A stretch of DNA of 64,000 bases from an uncultured bacterium (GCA_963741515.1 CAVUIA010000006.1:80630-144629), one strand, 5' to 3'. Positions 1 through 10,026 are shown, numbered from the stretch's first letter. The notes: a model not told the origin generated them from the sequence alone. A program made the numbers and translations.

Positions 1-1
1 G

Positions 2-403
2 TGCCACCCGAGCGAACCCGGTCCGTACGATAAACGCCCCTTGTTCACCGATTACACCTACGACAACCTGGGGATACCGAAGAACCCGGGCGCCAAGGGG
101 GTCGATCTGGGGCTTGGCGAAGCGGTGAAGGACCCGGAGCAGAACGGGAAGTTCAAGGTCCCGACCTTGAGGAACATCGCGGTGGCCGCGTCCTACGGCC
201 ACAACGGGTATTTCAAGACCTTGAAGGAGATCGTGCAGTTCTACAACAACCGGGACACCGAAAAATGGCCCGCCCCGGAAGTCGCCGCGAACGTCAACAA
301 GGAAGAGATGGGGAACCTCGGGCTGACCGGCCAGGAAGAGGACGACATCGTCGCCTTCCTTTCGACCCTGACCGACGGCTACGCGCCCCCCAATCCGAGG
401 TGA
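2..403 (+). CDS. di-haem cytochrome c peroxidase / MauG-family protein, C-terminal part (5' end lies outside the window)
   Basis: The frame is open from nt 2. The first residues C-H-P look like the end of a CxxCH haem motif. '[35 protein letters not shown]' is typical of the bacterial CCP C-terminal haem domain. Stop TGA at 401-403. Confidence 0.8.
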   Translation, partial: CHPSEPGPYDKRPLFTDYTYDNLGIPKNPGAKGVDLGLGEAVKDPEQNGKFKVPTLRNIAVAASYGHNGYFKTLKEIVQFYNNRDTEKWPAPEVAANVNKEEMGNLGLTGQEEDDIVAFLSTLTDGYAPPNPR

Positions 404-408
404 AGCCA

Positions 409-762
409 ATGGAAACGACCGCGGGCGTTTCAAGGAGCAGGAAATTCGCTTTCTTCCTCCTGCTGGCCGTCCTGGCCGGCACGTGCGCGGGTTTGTTCCT
501 CCTCATATTCGAACCGTTCTTCACGGCCAAGGCGTTCGGCAAGGGAACGGGGCTGAGACTCTCGATCGTGTACGGCATCGTCGCAAGACATGGCGGTTTC
601 CTGAGCGGCTACCCCGACGGCATCGTGCTGGTCAAGGAGGAAGGAGGCGGCAGGACCGTCACCATGCAGAAGCCGTTCAAGCCGACGGAACTGCTGGATG
701 TCGTGAACGATGTGCTGGGCGGGGTGGTGCCCGGGGTGGGAATTGAACCCACACGGCTTTAA
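409..762 (+). pseudogene. remnant of a hybrid sensor histidine kinase (TM helix + HATPase_c G2-box fragment + receiver C-terminal fragment)
   Basis: '[31 protein letters not shown]' parallels '[31 protein letters not shown]' of the intact kinase at 50203-52615. '[16 protein letters not shown]' parallels the receiver end '[17 protein letters not shown]'. There is no H-box, N/G1 box or receiver Asp. The 3' end overlaps tRNA-Leu antisense. Confidence 0.5.
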
Positions 763-812
763 GGGCCTCGGGATTTTAAGTCCCGTGCGTCTGCCAATTC
801 CGCCACCCGGGC
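725..812 (-). tRNA. tRNA-Leu (anticodon UAA), long variable arm, CCA encoded
   Basis: The reverse complement reads GCCCGGGTGGCGGAATTGGCAGACGCACGGGACTTAAAATCCCGAGGCCCTTAAAGCCGTGTGGGTTCAATTCCCACCCCGGGCACCA. It has a 7-bp acceptor stem, anticodon loop CTTAAAA and a TPsiC arm GGGTTCAATTCCC. Confidence 0.9.
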
Positions 813-834
813 GAGATCGCTTGAAAGGGAAAAA

Positions 835-909
835 TGGAGGCGGCACCCGGATTCGAACCGGGGGATAAAGGATTTGCAGTCCTCTGCCTTACCACTTGGC
901 TATGCCGCC
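835..909 (-). tRNA. tRNA-Cys (anticodon GCA), CCA encoded
   Basis: The reverse complement reads GGCGGCATAGCCAAGTGGTAAGGCAGAGGACTGCAAATCCTTTATCCCCCGGTTCGAATCCGGGTGCCGCCTCCA. It has anticodon loop CTGCAAA and a U73 discriminator typical of tRNA-Cys. Confidence 0.9.
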
Positions 910-979
910 ACTCGGTGTTCGACCGCGAAAAGGATTATAAGCGACCGGTCGCTCTAAAATCCATAGCAATGTTGAAGGG

Positions 980-1639
980 TCATGGCGTGATGCTTTTCGC
1001 TTTCAGAAACGCCAGGATCGTCATCGACGGGACCCAGAAGGAGACGCCGGCCGGAGGAAGGCCGTCGGGCAGGCGGCACATGCCGAACACCTCGCCGGAA
1101 GGAAGGAAACCCGGGCTTCCGGAGGGGTCTCCGTACATGGGGGAATCCGTCTCGTACCGGGTGTCGGTGTGCCCGTCCGTGCCGGTCGTGTTCACGAAGG
1201 AGGATATCTCCACTCCCTGGAACAGCTCGATGAGCGAGACCGCCGAAGAGGGCAGCTGGTCGACCGTGATCCTGGGGAATCCCGCGGTCCCGCAATGCGT
1301 CCCGACCGGGACGGGCGCATCGAGCAGCCGGAGGCAGGCGGTGGACCTTGGGGAGGCGATCCGGAGGAGAGCCAGGTCCTTCCTGGCGTTCGCGGCCAGG
1401 ATGGTTACCGGTTCCGGCTCCTTTCCGATGTCGGGGGCGCGGATCACCCGCAATCCCTCGCGAGGGGGGGCGCCGGGTCTCGTTTCGTCGCGCAGGCACC
1501 GGGCGGCGGTCACGAGCAGGCCGGGCGCCACCATGAACGCGGAACCGAGGGACGGTGTGACGGCGTTCGCCCCGAGGGATGAGGTGGACAGTACCGCATA
1601 GATGGCCTCCCGGTTCTCCGCCAGCGATTTTTCGAACAT
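980..1639 (-). CDS. trypsin-like (chymotrypsin-fold) serine protease homologue with the catalytic His position occupied by Arg; no signal peptide
   Basis: 219-aa ORF. 'GSAFMVAPGLLVTAARCL' (normally TAAHC), 'DLALLRI' (Asp box) and 'GDPSGSPGF' (Ser box) match S1-family motif order and spacing. Confidence 0.6.
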   Translation of the reverse strand: MFEKSLAENREAIYAVLSTSSLGANAVTPSLGSAFMVAPGLLVTAARCLRDETRPGAPPREGLRVIRAPDIGKEPEPVTILAANARKDLALLRIASPRSTACLRLLDAPVPVGTHCGTAGFPRITVDQLPSSAVSLIELFQGVEISSFVNTTGTDGHTDTRYETDSPMYGDPSGSPGFLPSGEVFGMCRLPDGLPPAGVSFWVPSMTILAFLKAKSITP

Positions 1640-1766
1640 ATGCGCGCCTCCGTCGGTGTTTCAGGGGTGATTATATTCTTCCCGGGAACACAGCCCTGTC
1701 AAGCGGTTACGGATATTTGATAGTATTGACCCAGGTGCGGCGAGAGCGCATTCCGGGAGGTTCTTC

Positions 1767-2717
1767 ATGCCCCTCGACATCTTCATCACCGGGGCCGCCG
1801 GGTTCATCGGGTCCCATGTCGCCCAGGCCCTGCTGTCCCGCGGCGACCGGGTTTTCGGCCTCGACAATTTCGATCCGTTCTACGATCGCGCCCTCAAGGA
1901 GGAAAACCTGGCCGCCCTCCGGGATCGGCCGGAATTCTCTTTCCTGGAAGGGGACATCCGCGATGCGGGGACCCTGGCCCGCTGGGGCTCCGGAATCCGC
2001 CCGGACGCCGTCATCCATCTGGCGGCGAAGGCGGGGGTCCGTCCCTCGGTGGCCGATCCCGCGGGGTACGCGGACGTGAACGTCAACGGGACGATCCGGG
2101 TCCTCGAATGGGCGCGGGAGCGCGGAATCCCGAAGGTGCTGTTCGCCTCTTCCTCGTCCGTCTACGGCGGCAACACGAAGGTCCCCTTTTCCGAGGACGA
2201 CTTCGTGGACCATCCCGTGAGCCCGTACGCGGCGACGAAGAAGGCCGGGGAGCTCCTGTGCCACACCTATTGCCACCTGTACGGCATGAACGTGGCCGCC
2301 CTGCGGTTCTTCACGGTCTACGGGCCGCGCCAGCGTCCCGAGATGGCGATCCACAAGTTCACGCGCCGGATCCTCGAAGGGAAGGAGATCGACCTTTTCG
2401 GGGACGGGTCGTCCCGCCGCGACTACACGTATATCGACGATATCGTTTCCGGGGTGCTCGGCGCCCTGAACGCTCCCCCCGGGTACCGCGTCTACAATCT
2501 GGGGGAATCCGCCACCATTTCGCTGTCCGACCTCGTGTCGCTGCTGGAGAAGGCGTGCGGCCGGCCCGCCGTGCGCCGTTCCACCCCTCCGCAGCCGGGG
2601 GACGTCCCGATCACGTACGCGGACATCTCCCGCGCAAAGGCCGAGATCGGGTACGCTCCGCATACTTCCATAGAGAAAGGCATCGTCCGTTTCGTCGATT
2701 GGTATCGGCGTCGGTAA
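1767..2717 (+). CDS. NAD-dependent epimerase/dehydratase (UDP-glucuronate/UDP-sugar 4-epimerase-like SDR)
   Basis: 316 aa. It has an N-terminal Rossmann motif 'ITGAAGFIGSH' and the extended-SDR catalytic motif 'YAATKKAGE' (YxxxK). A GGGAGG RBS lies upstream of the ATG. Confidence 0.85.
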   Translation: MPLDIFITGAAGFIGSHVAQALLSRGDRVFGLDNFDPFYDRALKEENLAALRDRPEFSFLEGDIRDAGTLARWGSGIRPDAVIHLAAKAGVRPSVADPAGYADVNVNGTIRVLEWARERGIPKVLFASSSSVYGGNTKVPFSEDDFVDHPVSPYAATKKAGELLCHTYCHLYGMNVAALRFFTVYGPRQRPEMAIHKFTRRILEGKEIDLFGDGSSRRDYTYIDDIVSGVLGALNAPPGYRVYNLGESATISLSDLVSLLEKACGRPAVRRSTPPQPGDVPITYADISRAKAEIGYAPHTSIEKGIVRFVDWYRRR

Positions 2718-2752
2718 CCCCTTGAAAGCAACCCGGGAGAAGGGGGGAGCAA

Positions 2753-3874
2753 ATGAAGGTGACGCTGTCGGTGATCAAGGCGGACATCGGTTCCATCGGA
2801 GGCCATATCCGGCCGAGCGCCAAGCTGGTGGAGACGGTCCGGAACGTCGTGACGGAGGCGGGGAAAGGCCTTCTCGTCGATTTTCATATCGGGTTCACCG
2901 GCGACGACATCGCGATCCTGATGTCGCACACGGCCGGCATGGGCGACGACCGGGTCCACAAGCTTGCCTGGGACGCCTTCCTCGCGGGGACCGCGGCGGC
3001 GAAGAAACAGGGGCTCTACGGCGCCGGGCAGGACCTGCTGAAGGACGCCTTTTCGGGCAACGTGAAAGGGATGGGGCCGGCGGTCGCGGAGATGGAATTC
3101 GAGGAGCGCCCCAGCGAGCCGTTCCTTTTCTTCGCGGCGGACAAGACCGACCCGGGGGCGTATAACCTGCCGTGCTACCTTGGATTCGCGGACCCCATGT
3201 TCTCCTCCGGCCTCATCCTTTCGCCGAAGGTCGGGAAGGGGTTCACCTTCCGCATCATGGACGTCATGAACACGGAGGGAGACCGGGTGATCGACCTGAA
3301 CGCCCCGGAGGACCTCTACGACATCGCGGCGCTTCTCCGCGACCAGGAACGGTTCGTGGTCGAGTCCTTGTGGTCGCGCGCCACGGGGGAAATCGCGGCG
3401 TCGGTCAGCACCACGCGGCTGCACAACATCGCGGGAAAATACACCGGGAAGGACGACCCGGTGATGCTCGTCCGGACGCAGGGGAATTTCCCGGCCACGG
3501 GCGAGGTGCTCGCGCCGTACTCCATCGGTCACTTCGTCGCCGGGTTCATGCGGGGAAGCCACCACGGCGCCCTGATGCCCGTCCCGCAGAACACGGGGAC
3601 CTCCTTCTTCGACGGCCCGCCCATCGTGTCCTGCCTGGCGTTTTCCATGAAGGAGGGGCGGTTCACCGAGCCGGCCGACACCTTCGCCCACCCGTACTGG
3701 GACTACGTCCGCGCGAAGACGTCCGCCAAGTCCGAGGAGCTGCGCCGCCAGGGATTTTTCGGGCCGGCGATGCTGCCGTACAGCGAGTTGGAGTACGGCG
3801 GGATCGTGGATCGGCTGAAGGAGATGGATGGAAGGTTCCGCGTGCTGCGCGGGAAAGAGACGGAAAAAAGGTAA
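2753..3874 (+). CDS. fbp: bifunctional fructose-1,6-bisphosphate aldolase/phosphatase (class V FBPase)
   Basis: 373 aa starting 'MKVTLSVIKADIGSIGGH', the hallmark N-terminus of archaeal-type class V FBPase. The length is as expected and pgi lies immediately downstream. Confidence 0.9.
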   Translation: MKVTLSVIKADIGSIGGHIRPSAKLVETVRNVVTEAGKGLLVDFHIGFTGDDIAILMSHTAGMGDDRVHKLAWDAFLAGTAAAKKQGLYGAGQDLLKDAFSGNVKGMGPAVAEMEFEERPSEPFLFFAADKTDPGAYNLPCYLGFADPMFSSGLILSPKVGKGFTFRIMDVMNTEGDRVIDLNAPEDLYDIAALLRDQERFVVESLWSRATGEIAASVSTTRLHNIAGKYTGKDDPVMLVRTQGNFPATGEVLAPYSIGHFVAGFMRGSHHGALMPVPQNTGTSFFDGPPIVSCLAFSMKEGRFTEPADTFAHPYWDYVRAKTSAKSEELRRQGFFGPAMLPYSELEYGGIVDRLKEMDGRFRVLRGKETEKR

Positions 3875-3902
3875 AGACCCGGGAAAACCGACAGGAGGGG
3901 AC

Positions 3903-5315
3903 ATGGGCGGCATCCGGTTCCGGTTCGATTTTTCGCTGGTGGGGGAGAGCAACCTTCCTGAGGGAGAGGGGATCTCCGCGGCCGACTTCCGTTCCGCGAT
4001 GGACCAGGTGGACCGGGCGGTGGAATCCCTGGAAGCGAGGCGCCTGCGGGGCGAGATCGGATTCCCCGACCTTCCGTTCCTCGCGCCCGAGGCCCGGGAG
4101 ATCGCCCGGGACGCGAAGGCGCTCGGCAGGAAGTACACGCATCTGCTGGTGCTCGGGATCGGCGGCTCGGCGCTCGGGACCCGGGCGGTGTACGAGGCGG
4201 TGGGAGGGGCGGCGGCGCGGCGGGGCTTGAAACTCTCGGTGGCCGACAACGTGGACCCCGACGCCTTCTTCCCGCTGCTCGCGGCGCACCCGATGAAGAA
4301 GACCGTCGTCGTGGCGATCAGCAAGTCGGGCGGGACCGCCGAGACCAACGCCCAGCTCTCCCTTGCGATCGCCGCCCTCAAAAAAGCCGTGGGGAAGCGG
4401 TGGAAGGAGCAGCTCATCCTCGTCACCGACCCCTCGCAGGGCGTCTTCCGCCGGATGGCGGAGGCGGAAGGGCTGCGGAGCTACTCCGTGCCGCCGAACG
4501 TGGGGGGGCGGTTCTCCGTCCTGACGCCGGTGGGGCTCCTGCCCCTTTCGGCGGCCGGGGTGCGCATCGGGGGCCTCCTCGACGGCGCCGCGCAGATGGA
4601 GTCCGTCTTCCGCCATACGAGGGGGACCGACAACCCCGTGCGGTTCGCCGCCGCCGTCTACTCGCATTACCTCTACCAGGCCCCGAAGCCGGTGCACGTC
4701 TGGTTCACCTACGGCGCCGGGCTGGACCGGGTGGCCGAGTGGTGGCAGCAGCTCTGGGGCGAGAGTCTCGGCAAGAAACGCTCCTGCGGCAGCCCGGTGG
4801 GGCAGACGCCCGCCCGCGCGCTGGGGGTCACCGACCAGCATTCCCAGGTGCAGCTGTACCAGGACGGCCCCGCGGACAAGGTATACACCTTCGTCCGGTG
4901 GATGACGGGACGGGAGAAGGGGATCGTGCCGAAGGCGGGGTTCGCCCCCGACATGGCGATGCTCGGGGGACGCCCCTTGCGGGACCTCTTCAACGCCGAG
5001 TTCGAGGGGACGATCGGCGCCCTGTGGGCCGCCGGCCGGCCCATCGTCCGGATGGAGGTCGGCGCCAGGGACGAGGAGCACGTGGGCGCCTTCCTCCACT
5101 TCTGGGAATGGGTGACGGCGATCGTCGGGGAATGCGCGGGGGTCGATCCCTTCGACCAGCCCGGCGTGGAGGAGGGGAAGAAGATCGCCAGGGCGCTGAT
5201 GGGGGAACGGGGGTCCGAGGAACGCCGCGCCGAGTTCGACCGGCGGACCGCCGGCATCCGGAAGGCGGAGATCCGGATCGGAGAGGATCTTCCGGCGCGC
5301 AAGGGGAGAGGGTAG
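3903..5315 (+). CDS. pgi: glucose-6-phosphate isomerase
   Basis: The ATG at 3903 is preceded by an AGGAGGGG RBS. 'LVLGIGGSALG' and 'AISKSGGTAET' are SIS-domain PGI motifs. About 470 aa. Confidence 0.85.
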   Translation: MGGIRFRFDFSLVGESNLPEGEGISAADFRSAMDQVDRAVESLEARRLRGEIGFPDLPFLAPEAREIARDAKALGRKYTHLLVLGIGGSALGTRAVYEAVGGAAARRGLKLSVADNVDPDAFFPLLAAHPMKKTVVVAISKSGGTAETNAQLSLAIAALKKAVGKRWKEQLILVTDPSQGVFRRMAEAEGLRSYSVPPNVGGRFSVLTPVGLLPLSAAGVRIGGLLDGAAQMESVFRHTRGTDNPVRFAAAVYSHYLYQAPKPVHVWFTYGAGLDRVAEWWQQLWGESLGKKRSCGSPVGQTPARALGVTDQHSQVQLYQDGPADKVYTFVRWMTGREKGIVPKAGFAPDMAMLGGRPLRDLFNAEFEGTIGALWAAGRPIVRMEVGARDEEHVGAFLHFWEWVTAIVGECAGVDPFDQPGVEEGKKIARALMGERGSEERRAEFDRRTAGIRKAEIRIGEDLPARKGRG

Positions 5316-7010
5316 TTGCCCGGACGCATCCGATCGCTGCCGGACGAGGTGGTGAACCGGATCGCCGCCGGGGAGGTGGTGGAGCGCCCCGCGTCGGTCC
5401 TCAAGGAGCTTCTGGAGAACGCCGTCGACTCCGGGGCCGCGAACATCGAGGCGGAAGCGTCCGGCCCCTTCCCGTTCACGCTGCGGGTGACCGACGACGG
5501 GTGCGGCATGTCCCCCGAGGAGGCCGCGCTCGCCCTGCGGCGGCACACCACGAGCAAGATCGCGTCGGCCGACGATCTCGACCGGATTTCCAGCTTCGGT
5601 TTCCGCGGCGAGGCGCTTCCGTCGATCGCCTCGGTGGCCCGCCTCACCCTGGTCACGCGGCCGCCCGGCCAGCCGGCCGCGACGGAGCTGGCGTCGGAGG
5701 GCGGCGACGTGCGATCCGTCCGCGAGGCGGGGGCTCCCCGGGGAACGACCGTCACCGTGTCCGGACTGTTCGACAACGTCCCGGCGCGCCGCAAGTTCCT
5801 GAAAAGCGAGAGGACCGAGGCGTCTCACCTCCGCGAGGTGTTCCACGGCGTGGCGATCCCCGGCGAGGGGATCTCGTTCCGGTTCATCGACCCGGGAGGG
5901 ACCGTCTCCTACGAAAGCCGGGAATCCGCCCTCGATCGCGCGCGGAAGCACGCGGGGGACGACGCGCAGTACCTTGTCCCCGTCGATCAATCCTCGGCCT
6001 TCTTCCGCGTCTTCGGGTGGGCGGGGCTGCCGCAGCTTTCCCGCGCGGGCGCGTCGGGCCTCTGGTTCTTCGTCAACGGGAGGCGATTCCGCGACCGGGG
6101 GCTTTACGCGGCGGTCCGGGAGGCCTACCGCGGGATCCTGCCCGCGGACCGCCTGCCCGCGGTCTATCTCTTCATCACCTGCGATCCCGGCGAAGCGGAT
6201 GTCAACGTGCACCCGGCGAAGACGGAGGTCCGGTTCCGGTACCCGAGGGACCTGAACGAACTGGTGCGGCACGCGATCGGCCGGGCGCTCGGCGAGCCCG
6301 CGGCGGGGGTGGCGCGCCCCGATGCCGGGCATCCGCCCGCATGGGGCCGCCCGGACGACTGGGCGCCTCTAGCGCCGTTGCCGTTCCCCGCGGCCGAAGG
6401 CGCGGCATCGATGGCGGGAGAGAAGTTCTTCTCCTCCTTGAGGCCGGTGGGGCAGGTGCTGGGGACGTTCCTGGTATGCGAGGGGGCGGGCGCGATGGTC
6501 CTGGTCGACCAGCACGCAGCGGACGAGCGGATCGTCTTCTCCCGCCTGAAGGACAGGTACCTCGGGCGGAACGCCCCGGTGCAGCGGTGGCTCCAGCCGG
6601 TAGACGTGGAGCTCCCCGGGATCCTGCCGGACGAGCGGGAAGTCGTGGAGTCGTTCATGGAGCGGGCGGGATTCACCTTCGAGCCGTCGGGGGGAGGGGG
6701 CCTACGCATCACGGGCGGGCCCGCCGCGCTGTCCCGGTTCGATGCGAGGGGGTGGTGGGAGGAGCTGTGCGAGTCCCTTCGCGCGCAGGAAACCGGCCCG
6801 AAGGACATCTTCAACGCCGACCGGGAGCTGTGGCGGATGGCGTGCCACACCTCCATCCGGGGCGGGGACCCGGTGGGGAGCGACCGGACGCTGCGGCTCC
6901 TCTCGGAGCTCGACGACGCGGTGGCCGCCCACAGCTGTCCCCACGGCCGGCCCGTGTGGATCCGCATCGAGCGCGCCCGGCTCGACGCCCTGTTCCATCG
7001 CACGGGATGA
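5316..7010 (+). CDS. mutL: DNA mismatch repair protein MutL
   Basis: 'VVNRIAAGEVVERPASVLKELLENAVDSGA' is the GHKL ATPase motif I and 'DDGCGM' is present. The C-terminal dimerisation region carries 'QHAADERI'. TTG start directly after the pgi stop. Confidence 0.9.
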   Translation: MPGRIRSLPDEVVNRIAAGEVVERPASVLKELLENAVDSGAANIEAEASGPFPFTLRVTDDGCGMSPEEAALALRRHTTSKIASADDLDRISSFGFRGEALPSIASVARLTLVTRPPGQPAATELASEGGDVRSVREAGAPRGTTVTVSGLFDNVPARRKFLKSERTEASHLREVFHGVAIPGEGISFRFIDPGGTVSYESRESALDRARKHAGDDAQYLVPVDQSSAFFRVFGWAGLPQLSRAGASGLWFFVNGRRFRDRGLYAAVREAYRGILPADRLPAVYLFITCDPGEADVNVHPAKTEVRFRYPRDLNELVRHAIGRALGEPAAGVARPDAGHPPAWGRPDDWAPLAPLPFPAAEGAASMAGEKFFSSLRPVGQVLGTFLVCEGAGAMVLVDQHAADERIVFSRLKDRYLGRNAPVQRWLQPVDVELPGILPDEREVVESFMERAGFTFEPSGGGGLRITGGPAALSRFDARGWWEELCESLRAQETGPKDIFNADRELWRMACHTSIRGGDPVGSDRTLRLLSELDDAVAAHSCPHGRPVWIRIERARLDALFHRTG

Positions 7011-7924
7011 CGGGACCGCGGATCATCGTCCTCTCCGGGCCCACCGCTTCCGGAAAGTCGGACCTCGCCATGACGCTGGCGCGGGCCTTTCCCCTGGAGA
7101 TCGTCAACGCCGATTCCATGCAGGTGTACCGTCACCTCGACATCGGGACCGCGAAGCCCGCGCTGGAAGATCGGGCCGAGGTCCCGCACCACCTGGTCGA
7201 CGTGGCGGACCCGGACGAGCCGTACAACGCGGGACGGTACGTCGCCGACGCGGAAAAGGCCATCGCGGACATCGTCGCAAGGGGAAAGGTGCCGTTGGTC
7301 GCGGGGGGAACGGGGATGTATCTCCGGGCGCTGCTGCGCGGACTGGACCCGGCGCCGGCGGACCCGGCCGTGCGCGCCTCCCTGGACCGCCGGTGGGAGG
7401 AAGAGGGCGCCGCCGTCCTCCACGCCGAGCTGGCCCGCGTCGATCCCGGGACCGCCGCGAGGGTCCATCCCGCCGACCGGCTCAGGGTCGTGCGCGCCCT
7501 TGAAATCGCCAGGGTCGGGGGGATCCCCGCCGGCAAGGCGCGGACCGCCTGGGCATCCGCCCCGGGGAAATACCGGTCCCTCTTTCTCGCCCTGTGGCCC
7601 GACCGGGAAACGCTGTATCGGAGGATCGACGCGAGGACGGAAGGGATGTTCCGCAGGGGGCTGCTGAACGAGGTTCGGGGTCTCCTCGACATGGGGTACG
7701 GCCGGGAGCTGAAGCCCATGAAGGGGCTGGGATACCGGCAGGCGGTCGCCCACCTGCTGGACGGCGTTCAGCTGTCCGAAGCCGTCGAATCGACGAAGCG
7801 CGACACCCGGCGCTACGCCAAGCGTCAGCTCACGTGGCTAGCCGCCGAGCCGGACCTGGTGCGGGTCGATCCGGAAGGCGCCCCGGGGGACGCCGCCCGG
7901 CGGGTCAATATGTTCTTGTCGTAG
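7007..7924 (+). CDS. miaA: tRNA dimethylallyltransferase
   Basis: 'IIVLSGPTASGKSDLAMTLA..EIVNADSMQVYRHLDIGTAKP' is the canonical MiaA N-terminus. Its ATG overlaps the mutL stop (ATGA). Confidence 0.9.
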   Translation: MTGPRIIVLSGPTASGKSDLAMTLARAFPLEIVNADSMQVYRHLDIGTAKPALEDRAEVPHHLVDVADPDEPYNAGRYVADAEKAIADIVARGKVPLVAGGTGMYLRALLRGLDPAPADPAVRASLDRRWEEEGAAVLHAELARVDPGTAARVHPADRLRVVRALEIARVGGIPAGKARTAWASAPGKYRSLFLALWPDRETLYRRIDARTEGMFRRGLLNEVRGLLDMGYGRELKPMKGLGYRQAVAHLLDGVQLSEAVESTKRDTRRYAKRQLTWLAAEPDLVRVDPEGAPGDAARRVNMFLS

Positions 7925-7973
7925 CCGTAAATCAGAATAAAATAAAGGTTTACGCCACAACAGGGAGCGTTGG

Positions 7974-8942
7974 ATGATCCTCCAATACCTCGATTTCGAG
8001 CGCCCGATCATCGACCTGGAAAACCGCCTCGACCAGCTTCAGCGGATGGACGACGGGACCGACAAGAGCGTCCGGGAAGAGGCCGCGAAACTGGAGAAGA
8101 AGATCGGGAAGATCCGCAAGGAAATCTTCTCGAACCTCACGCGGTGGCAGATCACCCAGCTGGCCCGCCACCCGAACCGGCCGTACATGGCCGACTACAT
8201 CAACCTCATCTTCAAGAATTTCATGGAAATACACGGAGACAGGGCGTTTCGCGACGATCCGTCCCTGGTTTGCGGATTCGCCGAGCTCGAGGGGCAGCGG
8301 GTGCTCCTCATCGGGCACCAGAAGGGGCGCAACACCAACGAGAAGATCCAGCGGAACTTCGGCATGGCGAACCCCGAGGGGTACCGCAAGGCGCTGCGCG
8401 CCATGAAGCTTGCGGAAAAGTTCTCCCTTCCCGTGATCACGTTCATCGACACCCCGGGAGCGTTTCCGGGCATCGGGGCGGAGGAGAGGGGGCAGTCCGA
8501 GGCGATCGCGAGGAACCTGCTCGAGATGTCGCACCTCGGGACGCCCATCGTGGTGGCGGTCCTCGGGGAGGGAGGCAGCGGCGGGGCGCTGGCCCTCGGG
8601 GTCGGCGACGAGATCCTGATGATGGAATACTCCGTCTACTCGGTCATCTCGCCGGAGGGGTGCGCCTCGATCCTGTGGCGGGACACCACGAAGGCGGAAG
8701 TCGCCGCCGACATGATGAAGATCACCGCCCCGGACCTCAAGAAATTCGGGGTGATCGACCGGATCATCCCCGAGCCGACGGGAGGCGCCCACCGGGACCA
8801 CAAGGCCGCCGCCGAAGCGCTCAAGGCGGCGCTCGTCGAGGCGCTGACGCCGCTCCTTTCCATGCCCATCCAGAAGCTTCTCGACCGAAGGTACAAGAAG
8901 TTCCGGGACATGGGGGCGATCAAGAAGAGGTCCGGCGGGTGA
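7974..8942 (+). CDS. accA: acetyl-CoA carboxylase carboxyltransferase subunit alpha
   Basis: 322 aa. '[14 protein letters not shown]', 'RHPNRPY' and '[23 protein letters not shown]' are strongly conserved AccA blocks. Confidence 0.95.
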   Translation: MILQYLDFERPIIDLENRLDQLQRMDDGTDKSVREEAAKLEKKIGKIRKEIFSNLTRWQITQLARHPNRPYMADYINLIFKNFMEIHGDRAFRDDPSLVCGFAELEGQRVLLIGHQKGRNTNEKIQRNFGMANPEGYRKALRAMKLAEKFSLPVITFIDTPGAFPGIGAEERGQSEAIARNLLEMSHLGTPIVVAVLGEGGSGGALALGVGDEILMMEYSVYSVISPEGCASILWRDTTKAEVAADMMKITAPDLKKFGVIDRIIPEPTGGAHRDHKAAAEALKAALVEALTPLLSMPIQKLLDRRYKKFRDMGAIKKRSGG

Positions 8943-10012
8943 GCGGGGACCGCCTGAAGGAGCTTCGCTCCGAGATCGACGCGATCGACGACGAGATCCT
9001 GGGGCTGCTGAACCGCCGGGCGAAGGCGGCGCTCGAGGTCGGCTCGATCAAGGGCGAGCTCGGGATGCGGTTCTACGTCCCCGAACGGGAAGCGGAGATC
9101 CTCCGGCGCCTGTCCGCCGCCAACACGGGGCCGTTCCCCAACGAAGGGCTGAAGGCCATCTTCCGCGAGGTCATCTCCGCCTCCCTGGCCCTGGAAAAGC
9201 CGCTGTCCGTCGCGTTCCTGGGGCCCCGCGCCACCTTCACGCACCTGGCGTGCCTGAAGCATTTCGGGGAAAGCGCCCTGTACGTCCCCCAGATCAACGT
9301 CTCCGAGGTGTTCGACGCGGTCGAGCGGAACATGGCGGAGTTCGGCGTGGTCCCGATAGAGAATTCGAGCGAGGGGATCGTCAGCAACACCCTCGACATG
9401 TTCGTCGACAACCACCTCCTGATCTGCGGGGAGATCCTCGTGGAGGTCGAACAGGACCTGCTTTCCGTCACCGGCGACATCGACCACGTCAGGAAGGTCT
9501 ACTCCCACCCCCACGCCATCGCCCAGTGCCGGGCGTTCCTCGAGCGGAACCTGCGCGAGGTGCCCGTCTTCGACGTCGAGAGCACGTCGCGCGCGGCGGA
9601 GCTGGCCATGGACGACCCGTCGTCGGCCGCGATCGCCGGCGAGGCGGCGGCGAAGATCTACGGGCTGAAGACCATCCGGAAGCGGATCCAGGACAACACG
9701 AACAACTTCACGCGCTTCATCATCCTCGGGAAGCAGCCCGCGGGGCGCACGGGGAACGACAAGACCTCCATCCTCTTCTCGGCGAGGGACGAGGTCGGGG
9801 CGCTGCACCTCATGCTGCAGCCGTTCGCCAAATACAACGTGAACCTGACCAAGATCGAATCGCGCCCGGTCAAGAAGAAGGCGTGGGAGTACCTGTTCTT
9901 CCTGGACATGACAGGCCACATCACCGACGGGCCCGTTGCGAACGCCGTCAACGATCTCAAGATGCGGGCACAGTACATAAAGATCCTGGGGTCCTACCCC
10001 AGGGCGACATAG
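8939..10012 (+). CDS. pheA: bifunctional chorismate mutase / prephenate dehydratase (P-protein)
   Basis: The GTG start overlaps the accA stop (GTGA). The N-terminal CM_2 block is '[20 protein letters not shown]'. The PDT domain has '[12 protein letters not shown]' and '[11 protein letters not shown]', followed by a C-terminal ACT domain ('ESRP'). Confidence 0.9.
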   Translation: MSGDRLKELRSEIDAIDDEILGLLNRRAKAALEVGSIKGELGMRFYVPEREAEILRRLSAANTGPFPNEGLKAIFREVISASLALEKPLSVAFLGPRATFTHLACLKHFGESALYVPQINVSEVFDAVERNMAEFGVVPIENSSEGIVSNTLDMFVDNHLLICGEILVEVEQDLLSVTGDIDHVRKVYSHPHAIAQCRAFLERNLREVPVFDVESTSRAAELAMDDPSSAAIAGEAAAKIYGLKTIRKRIQDNTNNFTRFIILGKQPAGRTGNDKTSILFSARDEVGALHLMLQPFAKYNVNLTKIESRPVKKKAWEYLFFLDMTGHITDGPVANAVNDLKMRAQYIKILGSYPRAT

Positions 10013-10026
10013 CGAGGAGAGGGCGG

